64,000 nt of DNA from Escherichia phage vB_EcoM_G9062. Below are positions 50,037 through 59,855 of the stretch, piece by piece. Position 1 is the stretch's first letter; every line of letters starts with the position of its first letter. The DNA lies in the sequence record NC_054920.1. One strand, given 5' to 3'. A program made the position numbers and the translations under genes. The notes beneath the pieces were generated by a model, which saw only the letters and a program-made list of their open reading frames with translations, did no database searches and had not been told where the DNA came from.

Positions 50037-50939
50037 TTAAAATTTAAGTAAATCAACGATTTTAATTAATTTTTCACGCTCAGATTTAGCTTTACTACTC
50101 AATCCAGATAGTCTGAAAATTTCATCATCATATTGCTGAATAGAAATATTTAGCTCTTCAATCTGTTTATTAAAATAATCAATTTGTTCAGAATGTTTTT
50201 CGTTACTACGAACTGGTACAGGTTTTGTAGGCAATTTAGTTGAACTGGATTCATCCGGGCGATAAATTAAAATACAACTTGAACCAATAGGGCATTTTGC
50301 ACCAGATGAATATTCTAATGTTCCGGCTTCTTTTAAAACTTCAAAAGCTAAACAGAGATGATGCCCCATATTGACATAATCTGTAGAGTGAGCTCTGATG
50401 TAATAATCATCTCCACGAGTACTAAATTTAAAGCATTTAAGGTCTTCTGTATTATTGGTCTTAAAAATCATTTGTTTATCTAGACCCTTAGCTAATCGAG
50501 CGCCTAATGCTAATAATCGTCGTTGATTTTCCCACAAATCCTCAATCATTTGATCGAATGATAATTTTGGCATTAGTCGACCATAAAGGTCATATCCTTT
50601 ATTATAATTACGAAGGATTTCACTCGCGTTAATACGAGACAACGCTCCAATTTTATTAAGGGCTTTCATAATGCGATTAGATAAACCCATTCCAGACCCG
50701 TTTGTTCGTTGTAAATGTTTTTCTAATCCAAACCCAATATCAACTTTAAATTTATCTAAAATTTCAGCATGAACGTCTCTGTCAATAACATTCAAATCCA
50801 AAGTTGGGTTAAATCTATGAAAAAATTTATCTGGCTCTCCACGACGAAGTACAGTCCATTCATTCAATTTTTTATTAACTAAAGATTTAATTACTGCATT
50901 GACATTATTAATTACTACTGACATATTTTCCTCACTCAA
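50037..50939 (-). CDS. coiled-coil family protein, paralog D (300 aa)
   Basis: motif WENQRRLLALGARLA; C-terminal coiled coil. Confidence 0.5.
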   Translation of the reverse strand: MSEENMSVVINNVNAVIKSLVNKKLNEWTVLRRGEPDKFFHRFNPTLDLNVIDRDVHAEILDKFKVDIGFGLEKHLQRTNGSGMGLSNRIMKALNKIGALSRINASEILRNYNKGYDLYGRLMPKLSFDQMIEDLWENQRRLLALGARLAKGLDKQMIFKTNNTEDLKCFKFSTRGDDYYIRAHSTDYVNMGHHLCLAFEVLKEAGTLEYSSGAKCPIGSSCILIYRPDESSSTKLPTKPVPVRSNEKHSEQIDYFNKQIEELNISIQQYDDEIFRLSGLSSKAKSEREKLIKIVDLLKF

Positions 50940-51340
50940 TTTTCAATTTTACTAAATACACAGAATATGATGGAACAGACTATATAAGCACCACACACAG
51001 ATTGAACTAATACCATTCCAAAGAACCAAACAATATTATCAAACAATGTCTGTTTTACGTCGAAAGGACGTAAACTTACAGTAATATTATCGCCTTTTTC
51101 TATTGATGAATACATCTCTGGTGAAATATATTCGCTAAATCTATAACCGTCTTTGAGTTCATATACGGCAATAAACGATAAACTAGACCCCTTTCCTTGA
51201 GTTCCTGTAAGGGTATTAACTACAGTAACATCATAATCTTTATAATGCATATAATCATTAATAGCATAATAACCATATGCAACTACTACACATAAACAAC
51301 ATATCAATAAATTCAATCTTTTAATTATCAACTGTTTCAT
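50936..51340 (-). CDS. membrane protein (134 aa)
   Basis: N- and C-terminal hydrophobic helices; ATGA overlap. Confidence 0.5.
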   Translation of the reverse strand: MKQLIIKRLNLLICCLCVVVAYGYYAINDYMHYKDYDVTVVNTLTGTQGKGSSLSFIAVYELKDGYRFSEYISPEMYSSIEKGDNITVSLRPFDVKQTLFDNIVWFFGMVLVQSVCGAYIVCSIIFCVFSKIEN

Positions 51341-51395
51341 AATAATCTCAATTAAAAGGGCTTAGAACCATTATACCATCCTTGGTATAAAGCGG

Positions 51396-51923
51396 TTATG
51401 CGAGTACCGTCTTTAACCGTTCTTCAAACTTCCGAAGAGTATTCTGGCGTTCAGCTCTTTGCTTTTTGTAAGTTTCAATACGCTCTGAAATGAGAGTGTA
51501 TCGTTCATTTACTGATTCTTTCATAAAATCAGGAATTTCACGAGAAGCTTTAATCTCGTCAAATTTATCAATAACTGCTTGCTCTTCAGCAATTAAGTTA
51601 TCATACATCAAAATATCTTTCTTGATGAACTCAATATCTTCTTGAGTTACACGAGATAATTTAGATGCTTTATCCTTTTTGTACTGTTCGTTAGTATCAC
51701 GAGACCAGTGTAATGTACGATTTTTATTCGTATTCTTGTAAATTTCTACAATACCAATCTCATCGATAATAACGATCCAATTCCAACGAGATTTGTAAAT
51801 TTGTCCTCCGTCAACCGTGATTTCACCTCCGATTGAGATGTCATTAAAGAACTTGCTTTGTGCTTCAGATTTAAATTTACCATCGTTGTAATTTACCAGG
51901 TTGAAAATATCTTTAGCGTTCAT
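51396..51923 (-). CDS. hypothetical protein (175 aa)
   Basis: minus-strand ORF with conserved GGAG leader downstream of promoter. Confidence 0.5.
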   Translation of the reverse strand: MNAKDIFNLVNYNDGKFKSEAQSKFFNDISIGGEITVDGGQIYKSRWNWIVIIDEIGIVEIYKNTNKNRTLHWSRDTNEQYKKDKASKLSRVTQEDIEFIKKDILMYDNLIAEEQAVIDKFDEIKASREIPDFMKESVNERYTLISERIETYKKQRAERQNTLRKFEERLKTVLA

Positions 51924-51950
51924 TTTGTGTTCCTCCGTAGTTGATAGTTG

Positions 51951-51981
51951 TATAGTACCACAGAGGAACAGTCTTGTAAAC
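51951..51981 (-). promoter_or_regulatory. T4-type early promoter with conserved leader
   Basis: minus-strand GTTTAC (51981-51976), 16 nt spacer, GGTACTATAC, AACTATCAAC leader. Confidence 0.55.
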
Positions 51982-51983
51982 CA

Positions 51984-52298
51984 CTAAAAGAAACTTCTTT
52001 CACAATTTTTTCCACTGAACCATGCGCTTACCGCTTTCTTAGTCTCAGGAGCAGTGTTATCCATAAACCATTCAAAGGCAGCCTTTTTATGATTCTGGAG
52101 GGCTTCTCGGGCTTTAATCTGCTCACGGTCTATTAACACTAACATATGAGCCTTTCTTGTCACCATGGGCTTCTTATGATTTTTTGAATACTCCCAGTCA
52201 TTTGTCCATCGCATTGTCGTTGCGAACTTAAATACTGCTTCTTTAATTTTAGTTTCGTAAATTTCACGAGCCTTTGAGTATAACATCATTACCTCCAT
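51984..52298 (-). CDS. hypothetical protein (104 aa)
   Basis: minus-strand ORF. Confidence 0.45.
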   Translation of the reverse strand: MEVMMLYSKAREIYETKIKEAVFKFATTMRWTNDWEYSKNHKKPMVTRKAHMLVLIDREQIKAREALQNHKKAAFEWFMDNTAPETKKAVSAWFSGKNCERSFF

Positions 52299-52388
52299 TC
52301 ACCAGTTTAATTCTAGTCATCTTTTTAATGGCAGTCCATATAATCTATTTCTGAACTGCCTTTTTGTCATAGAAGTCCTCTTATGAAT

Positions 52389-53357
52389 TTATTTCAGAAG
52401 AGTAACCTCAGCGATTTCTTCCCAACCGTTTTTGTCGGTCATAATAAAGTCAGCAAGATAAAGAGCAGTACGCAGTGAAACATTGCGTAAACGATTAACA
52501 TTAACTTTCATCCATGATAATGCTTTATAAGTTTCTTCATCAGAAAGACCGCGCTTTTGCATCATGTCGGTTGAAAGAATAACATCTTCAACCCTGACCA
52601 TAATTTCTTCATTAGTGTGAACACCCAAATCTAAATAAACTGAGCGGGACACTAATGCTTGTAAATGTGGAGCAAGTTTAGTACCGCGGTCTAATTCGCG
52701 GTCAATGTCAACGTTTGTGATAAAAACAATCGTTCCTTTAAATTCAAACTCACGGTCAATGCCTTTTTCTTCTAAGTAAGAAGATGCAGTGCTCCAGCAG
52801 ACTTTACGGGTCTCTCCAGTGTCCAGAGCAGCTTTTAGAAGATTAAGAATGTCCATATCAGAGAAAACATCCACATCATCAATCAAAAGGACAGAGTTCT
52901 CTTCACGATTATACCAAAGCTGCTCATAAAGACCAATACCAGAGATTTTACCATTAATGCTTTTATATTCAATGTATCCAATATCGTTTGCTTTATTTAA
53001 AGCTTTATCTAAAGAATACGTTTTACCAATACCTGCTGCGCCAGAGATAATTAATGAACGAATATTTCCATTAATAATACCATTCGTCATCATTCCCATA
53101 ACATTAAATCTTTTATTAATGCGGGTTTTCATATCTTCATATGATTCTTTAACTTCTTCAACTTTTACACCATCATATGAAATATCTGATTTGTAAACCC
53201 AAACACCACGACGTTTACCGTCAATTTCAACAAAAACTTTACCATCTCCTTGTGCATCTACCGGAGCATTATCTGGGAACCATTCGCCTAAGAGCTCAAA
53301 AGTTCCAGAGATTTCTTTACCGAAGTAGATACCCTTATTGATAGTTACAGTTTTCAT
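52389..53357 (-). CDS. P-loop ATPase (about 322 aa)
   Basis: Walker A GAAGIGKTY, Walker B VLLIDDVD; start MKTVTINKG after conserved GGAGAAUAAA leader. Confidence 0.55.
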   Translation of the reverse strand: MKTVTINKGIYFGKEISGTFELLGEWFPDNAPVDAQGDGKVFVEIDGKRRGVWVYKSDISYDGVKVEEVKESYEDMKTRINKRFNVMGMMTNGIINGNIRSLIISGAAGIGKTYSLDKALNKANDIGYIEYKSINGKISGIGLYEQLWYNREENSVLLIDDVDVFSDMDILNLLKAALDTGETRKVCWSTASSYLEEKGIDREFEFKGTIVFITNVDIDRELDRGTKLAPHLQALVSRSVYLDLGVHTNEEIMVRVEDVILSTDMMQKRGLSDEETYKALSWMKVNVNRLRNVSLRTALYLADFIMTDKNGWEEIAEVTLLK

Positions 53358-53391
53358 TTTATTCTCCAATCTCACATTTGTTTTGATAGGG

Positions 53392-53423
53392 TAATAGTAT
53401 CACACTACTACCCTTTTGTAAAC
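53392..53423 (-). promoter_or_regulatory. T4-type early promoter
   Basis: minus-strand GTTTAC (53423-53418) with GATACTATTA element. Confidence 0.45.
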
Positions 53424-53426
53424 AAT

Positions 53427-53690
53427 TTATTTTAACGTTCGCCAAATTTTTACTGCTTCACGGCGAGATACTTCTACAGCTCCAAGTTCTACAGCTTTTT
53501 GGCGTCGGCGAGCGTGTAAGTCATAATGTTTAATGCGTTTATCTTGAAACCAAGAACGTTTCATTCCTATTGCTTCTGCCATTTCATGAAGCTCTTCAAT
53601 ATCTCCATCAGTGAACATATGACAATTTTTAGTTGGATGACCGCGAAGTTTCCATCCATGATTCATTAAAACATCTACGTAAACTGTCAT
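53427..53690 (-). CDS. small conserved protein (87 aa), DUF4031-like
   Basis: pattern VYVD...GWKLRG...HYDL resembles a prophage-associated domain from memory. Confidence 0.4.
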   Translation of the reverse strand: MTVYVDVLMNHGWKLRGHPTKNCHMFTDGDIEELHEMAEAIGMKRSWFQDKRIKHYDLHARRRQKAVELGAVEVSRREAVKIWRTLK

Positions 53691-54007
53691 TGATTCTTCT
53701 CCAAATAAGTTTCGATAATTTTCTGAGCGAGATAAACTGCATTATCTTCAGTTGCATCTTCTAAGAAACTTTCAAAACACTCTGAAATTTCTTCTGTATC
53801 AATCAACTTTTTTACTTCAATTGGTGTAATTTTCATTTTGTTTTTCCGTTTAAGTGTTTGTTTTGATAGTTGTATAGTACCATAAAGCTTTATGCTTGTA
53901 AACAATTTTGTGAAAAATTTTTGAAATAAAAAAAGGGAGCCCGAAGGCTCCCTATCATTTATAATAACTTCGGTGGTTTTCAAGATAAACCCTCTCAAGG
54001 AAGTCAT
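53687..54007 (-). CDS. hypothetical protein (106 aa or shorter)
   Basis: minus-strand ORF; start uncertain. Confidence 0.4.
   Translation of the reverse strand: MTSLRGFILKTTEVIINDREPSGSLFLFQKFFTKLFTSIKLYGTIQLSKQTLKRKNKMKITPIEVKKLIDTEEISECFESFLEDATEDNAVYLAQKIIETYLEKNQ
53873..53903 (-). promoter_or_regulatory. T4-type early promoter with conserved leader
   Basis: minus-strand GTTTAC (53903-53898), spacer, GGTACTATAC, AACTATCAAA leader. Confidence 0.5.
53935..53952 (-). terminator. intercistronic hairpin, C(UUCG)G loop
   Basis: plus gggagcccgaaggctccc. Confidence 0.45.
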
Positions 54008-54941
54008 CCCAAAAACCCATGTCTACTTTTTGCTGCATACCGTTCTTAGAAGCTTCAGTAGATGCTGCTTCTACTTGATCGACCACATCTTCCAAAAACT
54101 CTTGAACCGTTTTAAATGGATGTTTACCCAACTTCACGTCGAGAATAAATGGAGCATCTTGGAGTGGATAAACCAAGTCACCAGTTTTGTAAATTTCCAA
54201 TAGTTGGAGTCCACCACGGCAAGCATGGCTCAGAGCTTTCCAGTCAATACCTTCATTGGCTTCGGCCTTACGAGCACGTTCACCGTATTCAGCATCTAAT
54301 TTGTTCAGTGACTGCTTAAGCTCAATAAGAGAAAGCGTTGTCTGATATTTACGACCCAACACTGTGTAGAACGTCTGTGGGCCTGTTTTCTCATGATTAT
54401 GGAACACCCATTCACAGAATTCGTTTTCTGGAAGACGATGCTTAATATCTTCAACTTTAGTACGACGCTGCTTAATAGAACCATCTTCTTGGTAATCAAC
54501 CCATTGCTCAGGGATTTGATTAACTACTTTCAATACATCACGTAATGCAGCCAAACGAGAACCCTTAACGCCGTATTTAGAAGCTTGCTTACGGACATAT
54601 CCTAAATAGGATTTCATGTTAGTCGTATAAAAACGAGAACGGTTGTCTTGAATAAACTTCCACACATCAGGCAAATCAGATTTAACCACTAGTTCAGGTG
54701 GAGTGTGAAGCATATCTAACGCTACAGTTTCACCATCTGCTGCTAATTTAAAGAAATATTTAAGACTGTATAGTTCATGGTCAATATCATCTTTAGTGTT
54801 TTTAGATGATGTGTTGTTAGTGTTTTTACTCATGTGCTCTTTAACATTTCCGATAAGAATATCACGAGCAGGAGGAACAAAGATTTCTTTAAAATCTACA
54901 TCAGATTCTGGGGGTAGAAGTTCCATAAAGATGACTACCAA
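53955..54941 (-). CDS. hypothetical protein (328 aa or shorter)
   Basis: minus-strand ORF; probable start MELLPPESD. Confidence 0.5.
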   Translation of the reverse strand: MVVIFMELLPPESDVDFKEIFVPPARDILIGNVKEHMSKNTNNTSSKNTKDDIDHELYSLKYFFKLAADGETVALDMLHTPPELVVKSDLPDVWKFIQDNRSRFYTTNMKSYLGYVRKQASKYGVKGSRLAALRDVLKVVNQIPEQWVDYQEDGSIKQRRTKVEDIKHRLPENEFCEWVFHNHEKTGPQTFYTVLGRKYQTTLSLIELKQSLNKLDAEYGERARKAEANEGIDWKALSHACRGGLQLLEIYKTGDLVYPLQDAPFILDVKLGKHPFKTVQEFLEDVVDQVEAASTEASKNGMQQKVDMGFWDDFLERVYLENHRSYYK

Positions 54942-54965
54942 AATAGCTTTTCATTACTGTTTTCA

Positions 54966-55427
54966 TCATTCAGCCTTATATTCAATAACAGGACATACTT
55001 TAGCTTTACGAGCTTTTAAAAATTCAACGATAATCGATTTCTTGGGTTGAATAGGAGGTAAACCTTTATACGCCCTATCAATATTTTCTACGTGTAAAGC
55101 ATAATCCTTTTTCCATTTATAATCTTTATATTTTTCACGCAGTTGTGCAGGAATAACAAATGAACCGATAATAAGTAAAACAAGCAAAATGGCAAGTATA
55201 AATGCTGATGGAATAAGAGTCCATAAACTACCAAAAATAAGCCATTTCTGTATGATTTCTGCGCAGATGATAGTTAGACCTACGAGTATAGTACATCCGA
55301 AAAAAGAAACGAAAAATGTAGGAATAACAATAGACCAAAAATACGCGCACAGTGTCTTAGGTCGTTTCCATTCATCATTAAACATTTTGAATAATTTATA
55401 ATGCCAAGAGTTTTCATTAATAATCAT
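54966..55427 (-). CDS. membrane protein (153 aa)
   Basis: at least three hydrophobic helices. Confidence 0.5.
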   Translation of the reverse strand: MIINENSWHYKLFKMFNDEWKRPKTLCAYFWSIVIPTFFVSFFGCTILVGLTIICAEIIQKWLIFGSLWTLIPSAFILAILLVLLIIGSFVIPAQLREKYKDYKWKKDYALHVENIDRAYKGLPPIQPKKSIIVEFLKARKAKVCPVIEYKAE

Positions 55428-55429
55428 AA

Positions 55430-55951
55430 TTATCCTTTCATTGAAGGTGTAACAGTTGTTAAATACTTAATCATAGCTTCAGCTTCTGATTTTGATAATG
55501 AAATTTCTCCATTGTTTTGACGAATAGAAATAAAATCCGGATGACGGTCACCACCAGCTTTTAAAACACACATATAAGTATCAGTTTCATCTTCAATATT
55601 TGAAATGATTGAAGCAGTTCCACATGAATGTGGTTTTTGATAAATCAATACAGCTTTTCTTCCACCGTTTGACTGTTCATAAACTTTTAACACATCAAAC
55701 AAATCACTTCTTTTATCAATAGCTAAGATGTTGTTTTCATCTTCAATGTTAAATCCTTCGGATACTTCATAAAGCGTTACCCATAAATCACCTATATCGA
55801 TAGTAGCATTTTCCTTTCCATGACTTTCAAGAGCATGACAAATTTTCTTGATTTCATCATAACTCATTTTAATAATATCATCTCCTTGAATAAGGAAGAT
55901 GTCATTTTTAAATTCAACACGAATTAAACCGCTTCCACTTGAAATAAACAT
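55430..55951 (-). CDS. hypothetical protein (173 aa)
   Basis: minus-strand ORF. Confidence 0.5.
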   Translation of the reverse strand: MFISSGSGLIRVEFKNDIFLIQGDDIIKMSYDEIKKICHALESHGKENATIDIGDLWVTLYEVSEGFNIEDENNILAIDKRSDLFDVLKVYEQSNGGRKAVLIYQKPHSCGTASIISNIEDETDTYMCVLKAGGDRHPDFISIRQNNGEISLSKSEAEAMIKYLTTVTPSMKG

Positions 55952-55957
55952 ATTTCC

Positions 55958-56524
55958 TCACTTTGAAATCATAGTTGGAATGGCAGAATCAAGATAAGTC
56001 TTTAGCGCAATAGCTTCGTCTTTTGTAAATGTAACAATATGTGCTCGAAAATCGTCAATTTGGCGAATAGTTAAGACATCTCCTTCTTCATAACATTTTG
56101 ATACATTTAAAACAGTTTCATCATTCTGATCGCACTGATCGCAAGCGTTAGTAATAATAGCATTGCAATTTTTGAGCCATTTTAAACTATGTTTTCTTTC
56201 ATTAGAATAATAAAAATATTTAATCTTAGCTATAAAACTATCCCAATGGATAACTGATAAACACATTGACTCACTTTTAATATTAAATCCTGGGCATGAA
56301 GAATAAAAATGAATTTTGTGCTCATCATTGATGCTTACTATTTTATCAGTATAAGGATATTCAATTTGGATTAAATGAACGATTTCACTAGGCGTAAAAT
56401 ATAGCATATCGTCTTCTTGCGTCAAACGATACATGTTATTTACTTTTTCTATAGCCAATTCACCAAAAAGCGGACTAACTTCTAATACTAATCGTTTCAT
56501 ATTGATTCTCTTCGACTCACTCAC
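55958..56524 (-). CDS. hypothetical protein (188 aa)
   Basis: minus-strand ORF; CDQCDQ motif. Confidence 0.5.
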   Translation of the reverse strand: MSESKRINMKRLVLEVSPLFGELAIEKVNNMYRLTQEDDMLYFTPSEIVHLIQIEYPYTDKIVSINDEHKIHFYSSCPGFNIKSESMCLSVIHWDSFIAKIKYFYYSNERKHSLKWLKNCNAIITNACDQCDQNDETVLNVSKCYEEGDVLTIRQIDDFRAHIVTFTKDEAIALKTYLDSAIPTMISK

Positions 56525-56660
56525 AATTACATACTCCTTTGAATAATATCAATAATGTTGTTCACCAGATTATAAGTAAACATTGGGTAATTATATTGAA
56601 TCATCACATACACAACAAACAAAACTTTCATTCTCTTCTCCTTGACCGTTGACAAGATTA

Positions 56661-56688
56661 CTATACCATAACCTTGTCAACTTGTAAA
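56661..56688 (-). promoter_or_regulatory. T4-type early promoter
   Basis: minus-strand GTTTAC (56688-56683), 15 nt spacer, GGTATAG. Confidence 0.45.
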
Positions 56689-56854
56689 CCATTAAATGAC
56701 GTTTTCAATAAAATTCTGAAGCTTTGTGTGAGCATCAACCATAATTTTCATTTCTTCCTTTGCGAAAGCTGTACCTCTTTCCCGAGCAGAATACTCATAG
56801 TCAGAAACTGCATTAGCATATTCTTCAATTAGCTTCATTAAAAACATTTGCTTT

Positions 56855-57085
56855 TCAGTTTTCATTATTCCACCTAATCATTTCAAGATATTGAACTAAC
56901 TTAGCTTTGGATTTATCCAAATCCTTTTTAGCTGCTTCTATACCGTCGTATGAATATCCTTCACAGTGCTCAACTGCCAATTGATATGAATCTATTTCAA
57001 TATCACGTGCTAATTTAATGATTTTTTCAAACTGTTCACGTGTTAGCATACTAAACTCTCGTATTATGATCAATAATTTCATCAA
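56855..57085 (-). CDS. hypothetical protein (76 aa)
   Basis: minus-strand ORF. Confidence 0.4.
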   Translation of the reverse strand: MMKLLIIIREFSMLTREQFEKIIKLARDIEIDSYQLAVEHCEGYSYDGIEAAKKDLDKSKAKLVQYLEMIRWNNEN

Positions 57086-57290
57086 GAAACATATCTAACG
57101 CTTCTAAAGCATTATCAACTTTAGCTTCAAATTTTTCAATACCTTTATTTGCAATGCCTGCCGAAAACCAAGCAAAGTCACTAAGTTCCTCATCTGCTTT
57201 GCGAATTAAAGCTACCAATTCTTTAATTTTATCTGCTTGTTCAATTCTAGTCATTATTCCACCACATATGAAAGAGAGAATATTGCACAC
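57051..57290 (-). CDS. hypothetical protein (79 aa)
   Basis: minus-strand ORF. Confidence 0.4.
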   Translation of the reverse strand: MCNILSFICGGIMTRIEQADKIKELVALIRKADEELSDFAWFSAGIANKGIEKFEAKVDNALEALDMFLDEIIDHNTRV

Positions 57291-57487
57291 GCCATATGAG
57301 TTGCAGCTTCATCACACATATCATAACGTTTCTTAAGAAGTTCTACAAGTTCTTCACTAGTAACTTCATCCATGTCGACGAAAAAATCACCATTAATGAT
57401 GACGTAGATATTTCCTTCTTGATTGAGTGCTTCAATTTTCATGATGTTCTCCTCTTTATCCGATAGTTGTATAGTACCACAGCTCAA
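57254..57487 (-). CDS. hypothetical protein (77 aa or shorter)
   Basis: minus-strand ORF downstream of promoter. Confidence 0.4.
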   Translation of the reverse strand: MSCGTIQLSDKEENIMKIEALNQEGNIYVIINGDFFVDMDEVTSEELVELLKKRYDMCDEAATHMACAIFSLSYVVE

Positions 57488-57500
57488 ACGGAAAGTAAAC
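57470..57500 (-). promoter_or_regulatory. T4-type early promoter with conserved leader
   Basis: minus-strand GTTTAC (57500-57495), 16 nt spacer, GGTACTATAC, AACTATCGG leader. Confidence 0.55.
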
Positions 57501-57516
57501 CGGCAAAATGAAAAAA

Positions 57517-57532
57517 GTCTCCCGAAGGAGAC
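57517..57532 (-). terminator. intercistronic hairpin, C(UUCG)G loop
   Basis: plus gtctcccgaaggagac. Confidence 0.45.
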
Positions 57533-57537
57533 TAATG

Positions 57538-57924
57538 TTATTCGAGGGAAAGAAGATACTTACTCTGGTAAAACATTCCAGTAATATCATCTATCGTGCT
57601 TTGAATGGCTGGAGGCATTTCTTTATAAATGCTGTTAGATTGATCTAGTATGCGATCAATCATTTTAATTGTGTCGGTAGGAAGTTTACTGGCATCTGGA
57701 ATTGAAGGCGTGTATTTTCTACCAGAATACCCCAAATATTGCTCACCAAATTTATCAATCAAATCTGGCAACTCGGAGAAAATAAAATCGTATGCTTTGT
57801 GTCTAGCATAACTTTTAGTTTCAAAATGTGCAGAATGAAAATAAGCTTGTGCAGCCATTAATAAACCTAAGTATTCATCTGCCTTTGAAGGTTTTCCACT
57901 TTGTGAAAAGTCGCTGAATTTCAT
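57538..57924 (-). CDS. hypothetical protein (128 aa)
   Basis: minus-strand ORF. Confidence 0.5.
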   Translation of the reverse strand: MKFSDFSQSGKPSKADEYLGLLMAAQAYFHSAHFETKSYARHKAYDFIFSELPDLIDKFGEQYLGYSGRKYTPSIPDASKLPTDTIKMIDRILDQSNSIYKEMPPAIQSTIDDITGMFYQSKYLLSLE

Positions 57925-58214
57925 TCAGTCTCCAATTTAATGTTCATAATTCTAGCGTATGATTGTGCCATCTCCGCGCCTCGCTCTATACATTCAAAAT
58001 CGGAAGAGCACGGGTCATTTTTATAAGTCGTTCGCATAAAACTATAGAACTGTTCAGATGATTCTACGCTTTTGTTTTCAAAAAGCATATAAACGTGTCT
58101 AATACCAGATTCCATAAATTTATCAAAATGAGAATCGACATTCGCTTCAATTGGTGGAGATAAAGCAAATGCTAATCCTAGCATGGCAAATAGTGCCGTT
58201 GCTTTTAAGGCCAT
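57921..58214 (-). CDS. secreted protein (97 aa)
   Basis: N-terminal signal peptide MALKATALFAMLGLAFALS. Confidence 0.5.
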   Translation of the reverse strand: MALKATALFAMLGLAFALSPPIEANVDSHFDKFMESGIRHVYMLFENKSVESSEQFYSFMRTTYKNDPCSSDFECIERGAEMAQSYARIMNIKLETE

Positions 58215-58222
58215 AAAGGCCT
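58208..58222 (-). terminator. intercistronic hairpin
   Basis: plus aggccataaaggcct. Confidence 0.3.
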
Positions 58223-58226
58223 CCTA

Positions 58227-58439
58227 TCATTTTTGTCCTGTATTTACTTTATGCCGATGCACGGCCTTAACTTTATCAAGGTATTTTTCAAAATTTCGCA
58301 ATCTAGTATAGTCTGCCGGAGATTGGTTGAGTGATACTTCTCGACGCAAAGCTGAAATGATATTTCCAACTTCCCTACGAATTTCATCTAATTGAAGAAC
58401 AGTAAGATTGCGAAGTTGCTTTTCAGTTAATTGTAGCAT
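58227..58439 (-). CDS. hypothetical protein (70 aa)
   Basis: minus-strand ORF. Confidence 0.45.
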
Positions 58440-58481
58440 ATATACCCCTTTAGTTAGATAAACCTATTTATAACTTTTGCA

Positions 58482-59063
58482 CTAACCGAGCTTTTTAGTT
58501 AATTCATTCCAATGTTTTCTACACAAAGAAACATAAATTTCATCACCAATACAGATTTGATTACCTTCTTTAACTGGTGTTCCATCTTCCATTAATCGAG
58601 CTGTTATAATAGCTTTTTTACCACAATGACAAACTGCCTTTAGTTCAATAAGTTTATCTGCAATCGCCAAAAGTTCTTTAGAACCTTCAAATAATTTTCC
58701 AGCGAAATCAGTCCTTAGCCCATAAGCCATAACAGGAACATTATATGTATCAACAATTCGACTTAATTGATGCACCTGTTCAGTTTTTAAAAACTGAGCT
58801 TCATCTACAAATACACAATGAATATCTTTTTGTGCTTCAGCCCATTTATAGAACTCAAAAATATCCATATCATCCGTAATAATATTCGCTTCCTGCTTAA
58901 TTCCAATGCGAGAAACGACTTCACAGACAGAATCGCGAGTATCAATAGCAGGCTTAAGAACTAATACACCCATTCCGCGTTCTTTATAATTATGTGCAGC
59001 AGTCAAAAGAGAAGCAGATTTTCCAGCATTCATTGCTGCGTAAGTAAAAATTAAACTCGCCAT
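58482..59063 (-). CDS. tk: thymidine kinase (193 aa)
   Basis: 193 aa; P-loop MNAGKS; C-terminal zinc motif CHCGKKA...C. Confidence 0.9.
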   Translation of the reverse strand: MASLIFTYAAMNAGKSASLLTAAHNYKERGMGVLVLKPAIDTRDSVCEVVSRIGIKQEANIITDDMDIFEFYKWAEAQKDIHCVFVDEAQFLKTEQVHQLSRIVDTYNVPVMAYGLRTDFAGKLFEGSKELLAIADKLIELKAVCHCGKKAIITARLMEDGTPVKEGNQICIGDEIYVSLCRKHWNELTKKLG

Positions 59064-59072
59064 ATCACCTTC

Positions 59073-59258
59073 TTAAAGCATATTCACATAAGCTATTAAT
59101 TCGTTTTCTTTCTTATCAAACCGATCAGCAAATTCTTCTTGCTGTTCGGGAGATAGCGGGCCGTATTCATCATAAAAGGTGTTTGCTTCTGTATGCTCAT
59201 CTAGAAGTTCATGGATAAGCTCAAACAATTTATCTTTTTGTTCTTTACTCAGACTCAT
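59073..59258 (-). CDS. hypothetical protein (61 aa)
   Basis: minus-strand ORF. Confidence 0.45.
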   Translation of the reverse strand: MSLSKEQKDKLFELIHELLDEHTEANTFYDEYGPLSPEQQEEFADRFDKKENELIAYVNML

Positions 59259-59424
59259 ATATTAATTTCCAGGAGTTTTAAAATAATTCGCTTTTGCTTA
59301 AATATTTCCATAGTTAAATGACCAGTATCTTTTTGACCGATTCCAATGGCAAAACCTTTATTGACAGCGAGTTCAATTAAATTATCAAGCTCACGTAACA
59401 CTTCATACTGTAACTCAAAACTAT

Positions 59425-59637
59425 TCATTTCGGTTTACCTTCTTTAACGAAATCTGGATAAGGATAAAATCCCGAATAAAATCCTTCACCTTTATGATTG
59501 ATGCATCCTTTATTAGAACAATAGCACCAATAATCGAAATCACAAGCCATTTCATCGTTGCATAAAGCAAAAACAACTGGCCATTTACACTTTTCACAAT
59601 GGGCATTTTTAAGAATACTAGTTTGGCTCATAACCAT
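59425..59637 (-). CDS. cysteine-rich small protein (70 aa)
   Basis: CEKC...C...C.C...C pattern. Confidence 0.45.
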   Translation of the reverse strand: MVMSQTSILKNAHCEKCKWPVVFALCNDEMACDFDYWCYCSNKGCINHKGEGFYSGFYPYPDFVKEGKPK

Positions 59638-59855
59638 GTAACCTTTAAGCAGTATTCTTCTACATGCTGTTTACGACCTTTCTTATCAATAAAGGTATAT
59701 TCAACGAATGTTCCAATGTAGTCTTTATCTACATCATGCGGACTATTAATTGGACATTTAGTACGGCAAATGCGTTCCCATTGACGAATAATTACTGCCT
59801 TATTCTTTGGGTCATATGGATGTGGATAATGTATATTCATAATAACGGTTCCCAA
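59628..59855 (-). CDS. hypothetical protein (75 aa)
   Basis: minus-strand ORF. Confidence 0.45.
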   Translation of the reverse strand: MGTVIMNIHYPHPYDPKNKAVIIRQWERICRTKCPINSPHDVDKDYIGTFVEYTFIDKKGRKQHVEEYCLKVTWL

